Below, piece by piece: positions 37,402 to 49,278 of a stretch of DNA of 64,000 bases. This DNA is from Mobula hypostoma (taxonomy: Eukaryota). Below the pieces are notes generated by a model that was not told where the DNA came from, made no database searches, and was given only the letters and a program-made list of their open reading frames with translations. Positions within the stretch are counted from its first letter, which is position 1, and every line of letters begins with the position of its first letter. The stretch is from assembly GCF_963921235.1 (NCBI RefSeq), contig NC_086097.1, forward strand, positions 141,174,001 through 141,238,000, read 5' to 3'. The position numbers and the translations under genes were made by a program.

Positions 37402-38383
37402 TTTTAGAACAGAGACAAGGAGGGTTCCTGAGAATCTGTGAAATTCATTACCAAAAACGGCCATGGAAGCCAAGTTATCGGATATATTGAAGCCGAGGCT
37501 GATAGGTACTTGATTAGTCATGGTGTCAAAGGGTATTCGGAGAAGACGAAGAAATAGGTGTGAAAGGGAAAAGGAAAACAGATATGATTAAATGGCCGAG
37601 CTGACTCAATGGATCGAATGGCCTAATCCTGCTCCTGACGTCCAGAATCGCCGAGCAACACCCCAAACCACCGCCCCCGTCCGCTGCTCTGAAACCACTT
37701 GGTCCAACTGTGGTGTTCGGCGGTATATTTCAGGATTGTCTCAAAACCGCGATAAAGGAATGATAAATATTTTAAATATGTTGACGTATAACTGAACAAA
37801 CAACTGTCTGGAGATGACTAATTTGGGGAAAGTTTTGGGACAGAACGTCCGGATCGGTTAGTGTAACGCTATTATAGCGCCAGCAACCAAGGTTAAATCC
37901 CGTCGTTGTCCTGAATGGAATTTGTACGTTCTTCCTGTGACCGCGTGTGTTTCCTCCGGCTGCTCCGATTTCTTCCCACGTTCAAAAGATGTGAGGATTA
38001 GGAGGCACCCAATGCAATATGCACAAAATGCTGGAGGAAATCAGCAGGCCAAGTAGCATTTTATGGAACAGAGTAAATAGTCGACGTTTCGGGCCGAAAC
38101 CCTTTTTCAGGACTGGAAAGGAAGGGGAGAAGTCAGCGTGAGAATTCCCTCCGCATCTACAAAATTTCTCCTGTTTGTGGGTTTGTAGGTTAATTGAGCA
38201 CATTGATGGAATTGGAAGGCCCGTCCTGTTGGCCCCGAAAGGCCTGTTATCGTGACGGATTTCTTCATGTTAAGCGAAAGTTCGACCTCCCCCACCCCCA
38301 AAATTGTCTAATGAACTGCTGTGTAATTATAACAAGAAGTAATTTTATGCAGAGGAAATAATAGTGTCGTTTTCAAATGGGGT

Positions 38384-38501
38384 AGGAAGGCGTGGTCTGT
38401 GACACGTTGAGAGAAAGTGGGACGTGAAGCGTGCTGTTATTTATAACTAGCCAGGCCACGTCTAAATCCGTGTCAAATACAGTCACAACTCGACAAACAC
38501 C
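38384..38501 (+). promoter_or_regulatory. V2 promoter
   Basis: TATTTATA at 38438-38445 with the same upstream motifs as V1. Confidence 0.7.
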
Positions 38502-38925
38502 ATGCGGCTGGGTTGCGTGGCTTTTGTGATACTTTTCCTCCGTTAGTTGATTGATTTTCATCCGTTTACTCTCTGTTTGTTTCAGTCTTTTAAACATGCT
38601 ATGATTTTGATTTCTGTTTCCACAGGCAGATGTCTCGGTGCTGAATTGACACAGTCTCCGATGTCCATCACCGAAAATGTGGGCAATCGGACACGCATGA
38701 CCTGCGATCTGGGATCAGCGAATACGGACTATATCCACTGGTACCGGCAGTCAGATGGGCAACGCCCAGTCAGGATCCTCTATTACAGTAATGGGGTTAT
38801 CGTACGCGACGATGGAATTGATGACAGATTTAAAGCGAGCAAAGGTGGACCAAAGCAGAATAGTCTAACTGTGACCCGTCTCGAGAAAGAGGATTCCGGC
38901 ACCTATTACTGTGCCTATTGGGACC
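38502..38925 (+). CDS. TRGV: TCR gamma-type V segment 2 (leader 38502-38541, intron 38542-38625, V exon 38626-38925)
   Basis: Same architecture as V1; V exon differs from V1 at two codons (K>E, S>R). Confidence 0.9.
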
Positions 38926-38964
38926 CACAGAGTTAAACTGCAACCGGCGCCGCTGACAAAAACT
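38926..38964 (+). other. 23-RSS of V2
   Basis: CACAGAG, 23 nt, ACAAAAACT (38956-38964). Confidence 0.95.
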
Positions 38965-39889
38965 CTTCCTCAGCGTAGAGGTCACACGAATCATTTCCAA
39001 CTCAGCGAATTCGCAGCTTATGCCATAAATGCCATTACCTTTCTTATGATAAACAACTCTATCCAATTCCACGAAAGCTATCCGACCAGCCTCATCGACA
39101 GTGTATTCATTTACACCCGTCGCTCGAGGACAATGAATTGGGAGAATATTTCCGCAGGGTACGGGAAAGTGAGCGGGTAAAGATCTATAAGATCTGTGTG
39201 GTAGGTTCTTCAGGAAACGGCGGTTGGTACAGGCAAAAAGCTGCCAGTGGAAGAGTTAGAGGCAGGAACTATCGAGAGATTTAGAATTGATTTGGGCTTC
39301 TACATGGATAAGAAAGATTCAGAGAAATACAGGTTAAGTGCAGGTAAACGGTACGGTTTTCCTGCGTAACTTGCTCGGTAAGGACGAGTTACGCAGCAGG
39401 GCCTGATTTTGTTCTGTAGAGGTCAATGGGCCTTAGAATTGTTTTAAATCTCTGCACGGTCGCCAGTCAGACTCCTTTATTCCGTGGGAAAACAATCCCG
39501 ACATGTCCGATCTCTATAACTACAATCCTCCAATCCCAGAATCATACCTGTAAATCTTTTCTGCATCCTCTCTAGTTCATTCACATACAAATAATTAAGC
39601 AATAAATACTAAGGAAATGAGGTGAATATCCTTGACAGTGAGCCCATATGTTGTGGGAACATTTCAGTGATGGGACAACTGAAGTTATACCCTTTGGTTC
39701 AAGAGCCTGATTGTGGAGGGGTAATACCTGTTGCTGAACCTGGTGGTGTAGTTCTGAGGCTCCTGTCCGTACTTCCTGATGGGAGCAGTGAGAGGAGAGC
39801 ATGATCTGCAATGTGGGGGAGGGGTGGGGTGGGTGGTGTTTCTGATGACGGATGTTGCTTTCCTTAAAACATCACTTCTTAAAACATTT

Positions 39890-39997
39890 ACAACAGGAAT
39901 TCTGCAGATGCTGGAAATTCAAGCAACACACATCAAAGTTTCTGGTGAACGCAGCAGGCCAAGCAGCATCTATAGGAAGAGGCGCAGTCGACGTTTC
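39890..39997 (-). mobile_element. Penelope pseudo-LTR fragment, truncated inside the hammerhead
   Basis: Nearly identical to 34366-34472; ends at GTCGACGTTTC. Confidence 0.85.
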
Positions 39998-41236
39998 TCC
40001 TGTGCCCAACCAGTACATTATGTAGTAGATGGGATACATTGTCTAAGCTGGCATGCAACTTGGACAGCATCCTCTTTTCAGACACCACCGTGAGAGAGTC
40101 CAGTTCCATCTCCACAACATCACTGGCCTTACGAATGAGTTTGTTGATTCTGTTGGTGTCTGCTACCCTCAGCCTGCTGCCCCAGCACACAACAGCAAAC
40201 ATGATAGCACTGGCCACCACAGACTCGTAGAGCATCGTCCGACAGATGTTAAAGGACCTCAGTCTCCTCAGGAAATAGAGATGTCTCTGACCCTTCTTGT
40301 AGACAGCCTCAGTGTTCTTTGACCAGTCCAGTTTATTGTCAATTCGTATCCCCAGGTATTTGTAATCCTCCACCATGTCCACACTGACCCCCTGGATGGA
40401 AACAGGGGTCACCGGTACCTTAGCCCTCCTCAGGTCTACCACCAGCTATTTAGTCTTTTTTGCATGAAGCTGTAGATAATTTTGCTCACACCATGTGACA
40501 AAGTTTCCTAGCGTAGCCATGTACTCAGCCTCATCTGCCTTGCTGATGCATCCAACTATTGTAGAGTCATCCGAAAACTTCTAAAGATGACAAGACTCTG
40601 TGCTGTAGTTGAAGTCCGACGTGTAAATGGTGAAAAGAAAGGGAGACAAGACAGTCCTCTGTGGAGCCCCAGTGCTGCTGGTCACTCTGTCGGACACACA
40701 GTGTTACAAGCACACGTACTGTGGTCTGCCAGTCAGATAATCAAGAATCCATGACACCAGGAAAGCATCCACCTTCATCGCTGTCAGCTTCTCCCCCAGC
40801 AGAGCAGGGCGGATGGTGTTGATCGCACTGGAGAAGGCAAAAATCATGACCCTCACAGTGCTCGCTGGCTTGTCTAGGCGGGCGTAGACACGGTTCAGCT
40901 GGTAGACGATGGCATCCTCAACTCCTAGTCGGGACTGCTAGGCGAAATTGAGGGGATCTAAGTGTGGCCTAACCATAGGCCGGAGCAGCTCAAGAACAAG
41001 TCTCTCCAGGGTCCTCATGATGTGGGAAGTCAATGCCACCGGTCCGTAGCAATTGAGGCCACTGGGGCGCGGCGTCCTAGGCATAGGGACGAGGCAGGAC
41101 GTCTTCAACAGCATAGGAACCCTCTGGAGCCTCAGGCTCAGGTTGAAGACATGCCGAAGTACTCCACATAGCTGAGGGACACTGGCTTTGAGCACCTTGG
41201 TACTGACATCATCCGGGCCTGCAGCCTTGCTTGGGT
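39998..41236 (-). mobile_element. Rex1/Babar-type LINE RT fragment
   Basis: ORFs 40938-41195 (LCGVLRHVFNLSL...PVALTSHIMRTLERLV) and 39933-40442 (YKYLGIRIDNKLDWSKNT...LYFLRRLRSF). Confidence 0.8.
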
Positions 41237-44200
41237 CTTTATAGATTCACATCCAAATCATTTACATAATAATTAATAACAGAGGTCCCGACACCGACCC
41301 CTGGGTAAACTGAAATTTAATAAGAACTATACAAATAAAAGGAAAATAATAAATGTGAAGCCAATAGATCTATAAACTAAAGTTCAAACTAAAAATCTAA
41401 CGCTGACACTGAGCTTCAGATGCAGTAACTTAATAGTAAGGTAAGCAGGGGAGTGTCGCCGTCGCTGTGCTTCAGTCAAGACTCGACAAGACTGAAGGGA
41501 GTTAAATAAAACTACAGTGCAACCCTAATTGGCTGCAATGTGCATTCTCACGAGCCTGATTGCTGATGACCGCTTTCAGCTGCCCACTCCACGACAGAGT
41601 CCATGGTTTATACAGATCATTACCCACACCACCCCCACAACCCACGGGGCACATCTCCAGAGGCACTAGAGTCCTGTGCCCGCTGGAGATCCTGGATTAG
41701 TGACTTGTCCAGGAAGTGACGAGTTAGATCCCACGAAAGATTCTTTGGCCCTATCTCTCCCGGTCCACGAGGTACTGGACTCTGCCCCACACTGTGCGAG
41801 ACGACAGGAGGTGCTGCACGGAATAGACCAGTGACATATCCACCAAGATGAGAGGAGGCAGAGGGTCTAACTGGAGCAGGGTGGGAGGAAGTCACCAGAG
41901 TGAGCTGCAAACATGGAACACTCGGTAAATCTGAACAGATGATTGTAGGCACAGTCTCTAGGAAGATAGACTGATAGCCTTCCCCACTGTGAATAGTCCC
42001 ACGTAGCGTGGAGCAACCTTGCCGCTCCCAACTTTCAAAGGAAGATCTTTAGATACCAGCCAGGTCTTCTCGCTGTATTGAGAAGCCTCACCTCTCGGAG
42101 GAGCTGATAATCCTGCTGGGAATATAGTTTCTAAGTGTGCAGCAGGGAAGCCCTGTCCCACCTCCATGTGTGCTTGCAGCTTTGCACCAACTGTTCAACA
42201 GCAGGAACTCCCATGTCAATCACGGTCTGGGAAGATCAGTGGCTGGCATCCATTTTGCCATTCAACGGAGGGCATGCTAATCCAGCTTATTATGGGCAAT
42301 CTCTGAGTTGGGAGCTCCAGGTCATGGAGTTGGAAAAGACAGGATCGTGCAGGATTGTCTCCAGCAATTCATTCACTCTCTTAGTCTGGCCATCACAATG
42401 GTGGTGGGAAAGTCATGAGAAGCTGGCTGTGGCTCCCAAATGAGAACATAAAGCTTTCCAACAGTGTGACATGAACTGTGCTCCTCAATCTGTTTAAGCC
42501 ATATTGCATATCTCCCTTCAGGCCCCGTCTATCCAAACACTGGTACATGGTCATCCTATCCATGAAGAAACCTTCCAAAAATTTACCCGCGACTAATGTC
42601 AGGTTCACCAGGCTTTAATTTCCTGTTTATTCTTAGAACCATTATTAAATATTAGCGACCTTCCAGTCCTCCAGTACCTCACCCATGGGTAAGGATGTTT
42701 TAAATATTACTGCCAGGGCCCCTGGAATTTCTGCACTAGCCTCCCACAAGATTGGAGAGGACACCTCGTCAGGACTTTGGGGCTTATTCACCCTAAATTC
42801 TTCTCAAGAAAGGAACACTTCCTCTTCTGTAATCAGAACATGTTCCATGATCTCCAGTGTTTTGCCAGATTCAATGGTATCTGTGTCTGTCTCCTGAGTA
42901 AATGCAAACACAAAAATAAAACATTTAATACTTTTCCGCATCTTCTTTAGCTCCACGCATGTATGACCAGCTTCATCTTCAGCAGACCAATTTTGTCCCT
43001 TGCTATCCTCTGGCTCCCAGTACCTGTAGAACCCTTGGATTCTGGGTTACCTTGTCTGCTAGAGCAACCAATTATCCCTTTTCAGGTTTCCTGATCTTTC
43101 ACTTGTGTTCTCTTGTATGTCTTATATTCCTCAATTGCCCCATTTAACACTACCTACCGATACCTGATATGTGCTTCCTTTTTGTTTACCAGGTCCTCAA
43201 TATCCCATAATAAATAAGGTTCCCTCAACCTGCCAACCTTCCTTTTTATCCTAATAGAAATATACATATTGTGTACTCCCAATATTCAATTCTGTTGAAG
43301 ACCACCCACCTGCCAGTGTTGCTTTGTTAGAAAACAGCCTATCCCTATCCACAGCAGGCAGATTGCTTCTGATGCCATCAAAATGGTTCTTCCTCCAGTT
43401 TAGAATCTTAATCTGAAAATCAATCCTATCCAATCTCCATAATTATTTTAAGTCGATGGAATTCTGATCACTATATCCAAAATGTTTCCCTATTTTCAGT
43501 TCTGTCACCTGTCCTGTCTCATTACCGAAGAAGAGATCCAATCCTGTGCTCTCTTTAATTGGGAATTCTGCATATTGATAATGAAACTTTCCTGAACTCA
43601 TTTGACAATCACCATCTCATCCTGTTCTTTTACAGTATGGGACTCCAGATCAGTACGAAGAAAGTTAAAAACACCCGCTACATGAACCTAAACACTGGAG
43701 ATTCTGTAGATGCTGGAAATCCAGAGCAGCACATGAAAAATCCTGGGGGATCTCATGAGGTCAGGTTTCCCCATGAAATGAAGTAAAGCAACAACGCTTC
43801 AGGCCAAGACCATTCAACAGGACCCTTCATGAGTCCTGATGCAGGGTCTCAGCCAAAAACATTGACTGTTTATTACTTTTGCAGTTGTTGCCTTCCCTGC
43901 TGAGTTACTTTTGCATCTTGTATGTGTTACTGTAACAAACTTATATTTCTTGCAACTGTCTGCTATCTCCCTATGAATTTGTTTGTGCAAATCCAATTAC
44001 ACAAGAATCAGATGGGGACCACCTTAATTAACTCAGATCAAATGGTCGTAGCGGCAAAAGAACCCACCTTTTCTCAAAGTCAAATCGAGGATCAAAAGTT
44101 CGACTTCTAATTTTCTCCAAACTAAGACATAACATCACCTGAGAGAACCAATGTATGAAAGTGGGATCAGAGACATCTTTCCATTTCAATAAAATTGACC

Positions 44201-46259
44201 TTCTGGACAATAATGTGACAAATGCAATTACACGTTCGTCTGATATAGAAATACCGTGAATATATTGAGGAATTATACCGAACAAAACTGTCAATTTATA
44301 AGTCACATGTTAAACTGCACAGTCTTCCTTACTTCTTACCTCACTACAATAGACAGCTTCGTGCCATCTCCATCTTGGAGGTCCTGTCTTTTAACTTCGT
44401 ACCTTATTCCCTGAACTCATTTTGCAAGTCCTCGTCACTTTTTCTGCTTATATCATTGGTATCAATATGTACCATGACTTATCGCTTCTCACCCTCCCCC
44501 TTAAGATGGCTATGGACTCAATTCAAGATATCTCTGATCTTCTATACCTGGGAGGCAATATACCATAGAAGAGTCTTTTCTTGTCTCAGGTCGCCCTGTC
44601 TGTTTCACTAACCAGTGCCGACCAATGACCTCCATCACTACTACTGCCTGCTTCTTCCTCCCCCACTCACCTTCCTTTCTGAACAAAAGAGACATACTGA
44701 GTGCCAAGACCACTGACCACTGTGGTAGGTCATCTCCCTAAAACTATATAAAATGATACACTTGTTGAGAGGAAAGGCCACACGGGTATTCTGCACTGTC
44801 TGCCAATACACCTTCCCTATCTTCAGGATCACCCAGCTACCTCTTTCCAGCAACACTATCTCCCTGTAACTCCTATGAATCCCTCAATTTTCTGAATGAT
44901 CGGAACGTCATCTAGCACCAGCTCCAATTCCCTAATACGGTTTGTAAATGTGGATGCACTTATCACAGGTATAGATATCTCCCTAACTTCCACAGCATGC
45001 AAGAGAAGCACACCACTGCTCTAGCTTCTATTCCCACTGGTCTCTCTGTATAACAATAAAGAAAGAAGTTAGAAGAACTTAAACTTGTAGAAGTTTATGA
45101 AATCATGAGGGGTGTAGACGGGTCATAGCCTGTTCCCCAGGATTGGAGAGACAAAAACTAGAGGACACTGATACAAGATAATGGAGAAGAGATTTGAAAG
45201 AGACCTAAAAGATAATTTCTTTATGCAAAGGATAGTGAGCTGCCTGAGGAAGTGGTTGAGATGGTGTATTTGTAATATTTAAGATGTATTTGCATAGGTA
45301 AATGGAAAGAAAGGGCTTGAAGGACTGTGACTCAAATGCAACAGCTGGAACTAGCAGGGAGGATGCTGTGGCCAGCATAGACGATTGGGGCCGAAGGCCT
45401 ATATCCAGGCTCTGTCACTCAATTGTTCTATGAAATAAAAAACGGAAAATCCTTAAAATACTCATATGGACAGATGGCATCAGTGTAAAGAGAAAGAGTT
45501 AAGGGAGGTCAAAGATAGCATCAAAGCAAAATAGAGACAGGAAGTCTGCAAAAGGACTAGGACAGATTAGGAGAATGGACAAAAAAGTGGCAGATGGAAA
45601 ACAGTGTAAGGAAGTGTATGGCCATGCACTTTGGTAGAAGGAATAAAGGGACAGAATATTCTCTGAAGAGAGGGAGAAAGCAGAAACCGAATGTGCAAGA
45701 AGACTTGAGAGTTCTGGTGCAGGATTCCCTAAAGGCTAACTTGCTGTTTGAGTCAGTAGTGGAGAAGACAAATGGAATGACAGTGATCATTTCGAGGGGT
45801 CTAGATAATCAGAATAGAATGGGAATCAGGTTTATTATCACTGACATATGTCGTGGATTTTGTTATTTTGCAGCTGCAGTACAGTGCAATATATAATAAA
45901 AACTATAAATTACAATAAGATACATATAAGATCAAATAAGTAGAGAAAAAGAGAGCAAAGCAAAAGAAAATATTGAGGTAGTATATGTGGATTCATTGTC
46001 CATTCAGAAATCTAATCAATAAAAAATCGTAATGTTGAGTCTTTGAGAGATCGATAAACTATATATGGAGCATTGTGAGTAATTTTGGGCTCCATATCCG
46101 AGAAAGAATGTCCTGGAATTGGAGGCGGTGCAGAGGAGGTTTAAGAGAATGGTTCCAGCAACCAAAGGGTTATCACATAAGGAACGTTTGATGGTACCCG
46201 GCCTGTTCTCGCTGGAGCCTAGAAGACGAAAGGATATCTCTTTGAGCCCTACTGAATAT

Positions 46260-46896
46260 TCAGACTGGGAGATCGTTTCGCTGAACACCTACGCTCTGTC
46301 CGCCTAAGAAAGCAGGATCTCCCAGTGGCTACACATTTTATTTCCACGTCCCATTCGCATTCTGATATGTCTATCCACGGCCTCCTCGACTGTAAAGATG
46401 AAGCCACACTCAGGTTGGAGGAACAACACTTTATATTCCGTCTGGGTAGCCTCCAACCTGATGGCATGAACATTGACTTCTCAATCTTCCGCTAACGCCC
46501 CACCTCCCCCTCCTACCCCAGTCGTTATTTATTTATTTATATACACACTTTATTTTTCTCTCTCTCCTTCTTCTCCCTCTGTTCCTCTCACTATACCCCT
46601 TCCCAGCCTCTGGGTTTCCACCCTCCCCCTTTTCTTTCTCCCTGGTCCTCCTGTCCCATGATCCTCTCATATCCCTTTTACCCATCAACTGTCCAGCTCT
46701 TGGCTCCATCCCTCCCGCTCCTGTCTTCTCCTATCATTTTGGATGTCCCCCTCCCCCTCCCACTTTCTAATCTCTTACTAGTTCTTCCTTCAGTTAGTCC
46801 TGACGAAGGGTCTCGGCCTGAAACGTCGTCTGTACCTCTTCCTAGAGATGCTGCTTGGCCTGCTGCGTTCACCAGCAACTTTGATGTGTGTTGCTT
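46260..46896 (+). mobile_element. 5'-truncated Penelope fragment (GIY-YIG tail + pseudo-LTR), same family as 30881-35091
   Basis: RLGDRFAEHLRSV...LQPDGMNIDFS then the pseudo-LTR, ending TGTTGCTT; flanked by GAATAT (46254-46259, 46897-46902); hammerhead motif 46796-46831 with a stem I mismatch. Confidence 0.9.
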
Positions 46897-48697
46897 GAAT
46901 ATGTGAAGGCCTGTACGATGAGAGGATTTTCCAGTAGTGGGGGACTCCAGGACCAAAGGGCACAGACACATAATAGAACCTCATTTCAGAATAGAGACGA
47001 GGAGGAATTTCTGAGAATCTGTGAACGTCATTTCCACAAAACGGCTTTGGGGCCAAGTTATTGGGTTTATTAAAGCTAGGCTGATAGGTATTTGATTAGT
47101 CATGGTGCCAAAGGGTACTCGGAGAAAACAAAAAAAAAGGTGTGAAAGGGAAAAGGAAACAGATATGATTAAAGGGCCGAGCTGACACAATGGCTCGAAT
47201 GGCCTAATCCTGCTCCTGTGTCTTATCGTCTTTCGGCTGGGAGAGCGATTGCGGTCGGAGCATGTACACAGGAAGTTTCTGAATCGATTAACCTAACCAG
47301 CCCTAAAGGAGTTACCGTAAGAAAAATTGTTAACGAATGAGTTGGATTTAAGGAGAAGGTTTGCGGGAGGTTTACAACTAGGAGTTGGTGAGTTACGGCA
47401 CTTGGACGTTTACAGCGACAGGAAAGAGAGTCCTGAGCATTCAATAAAGGACGTACACTGCCCAGGCACCGCGGTAGCGCAGCGATTAGCGCGACGCTAT
47501 TACAGCTCCGGGTTGTGAATTGTTCCGTGATTGGGTCACGGTTATTACCGTTTGTAGGGGGTGATTGGGCCTACTTCATGCTGTATCGCTAAATAAACAA
47601 ATTAGATATCGTCCTTTCAAATTTCACAGCGGAAGCCAATGTAAAGTAATATTTACTTACAGGTTCTGCCCAGGTGGAATAATTAAAACCACGTTAATAG
47701 GGAAAGATGAACAGATTTACAGACATGGTGCAGATGGCATTCGGTTCATCAAACATCCCACCCAACGGAACGTGCACGGAATACGGTCGCGGCGACGGGG
47801 CGGCTGCGAGACAGGTCCAGGGTCGGCACTTTAAGAGCGCGTGTGGGGAGAATATCGCTCTCCTTGTTCTGTCACAGACTCCGGAGACATAACATTAGAC
47901 AAAGTGAAGGTCAAGACGGAGAAACCGGGGGTGTCTGTGAGAATTATCTCCATGTACTCCTGACGTCTGAAGGCGCAGAACAACACCCCAACCCACCTCC
48001 CCCCGTCCGCCGCTCTGAAACCACTTGCTCCAACTGTGGTGTTCGTCGGGAAATTTCGGGAACGTCACAAAACATCGATAAAAGGAGGATAAATATTTTA
48101 AATATGTTGACGTGTAACTGAAAAGACAACTGGCAGAAGGTGACTAATTTGGGGAAAGTTTTGTGACGGACCGGTACCGGATGGGTTAGCGTAGCGCCAG
48201 CGACCCAGGTTAAATTCCATCGTTGTCCTGAAAGGAATTTCTACATTCTCCTGCGACCGCGTGGGTTTCTTCCGACTGCTCCGGTTTCCTTCTACGTTCA
48301 CAAGACGTAAGGATTAGTAGTCACCCAAAGCAACATACACAAAATGCTGGAGGAACTCAGCAGGCCAAGCAGCATTTATGGAAAAGAGTAAATAGTCGAC
48401 GTTTCGGGCCGAAACCCTTTTTCAGGACTGGAAAGGAAGGGGAGAGTGTCAGCGTGAAAAGTCATTCAGCATCTGCAAAATTTTTCCTGTTTGCGGGTTA
48501 GTAGGTTCACTGATCACATTGATAGAATTGGATGGCCCAGGCTTGTTGACCTCGAAAGGCCTGTTATCGTGACGGATTTATTCATGTTAAGCGGAGCAAG
48601 TTCGAAACCCCAAAAAATCGTCTAATGAACTGCTGTGCGATTCTAACAAAATCTCAATTTATGCAGAGGAAATAATAGTGTCGTTTTCAAATGGGGT

Positions 48698-48815
48698 AGG
48701 AAGGCGTGGTCTGTGACACGTTCAGAGAAAGTGGGACGTGAAGCGTGCTGTTATTTATAACTAGCCAGGCCACGTCTAAATCCGTGTCAAATACAGTCAC
48801 AACTCGACAAACACC
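48698..48815 (+). promoter_or_regulatory. V3 promoter
   Basis: TATTTATA at 48752-48759 with conserved upstream motifs. Confidence 0.7.
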
Positions 48816-49239
48816 ATGCGGCTGGGTTGCGTGGCTTTTGTGATACTTTTCCTCCGTTAGTTGATTGATTTTCATCCATTTACCCTCTGTTCGTTTCAGA
48901 CTTTTAAACACGTTATGACTTTGATTTCTGTTTCCACAGACAGATGTCTCGGTGCTGAATTGATACAGTCTCCGATGTCCATCACCAGAAATGTGGGCAA
49001 ACGTGCCGACATGACCTGCGATCTGGGATCAGCGAATACGGACATAATCCACTGGTACCGGCAGCCGGATGGTCAACGCCCAGTCAGGATCCTCTATTAC
49101 AATAATGGGGGCACCGTACGCGAAGCTGGAATTGATAACCGATTTACAGCGTACAATGCTGGACCAAAGCAGAACATGCTAACTGTGACCCGTCTCGAGA
49201 AAGAGGATTCCGGCACCTATTACTGTGCCTATTGGGACC
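48816..49239 (+). CDS. TRGV: TCR gamma-type V segment 3 (leader 48816-48855, intron 48856-48939, V exon 48940-49239)
   Basis: Leader exon identical to V1/V2; intact V domain AELIQSP...IIHWYRQ...YYCAYWD. Confidence 0.9.
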
Positions 49240-49278
49240 CACAGAGTTAAAGTGCAACCAGAGCTGCTGACAAAAACT
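49240..49278 (+). other. 23-RSS of V3
   Basis: CACAGAG, 23 nt, ACAAAAACT (49270-49278). Confidence 0.95.

Larger units (their letters stand above)
18181..39889 (+). repeat. Segmental-duplication unit 2 (contains V2), enlarged by four unit-specific insertions
   Basis: Collinear with unit 1 apart from solo LTRs 18524-19972 and 28357-29517, CR1 24786-26531 and Penelope 30881-35091. Confidence 0.9.
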
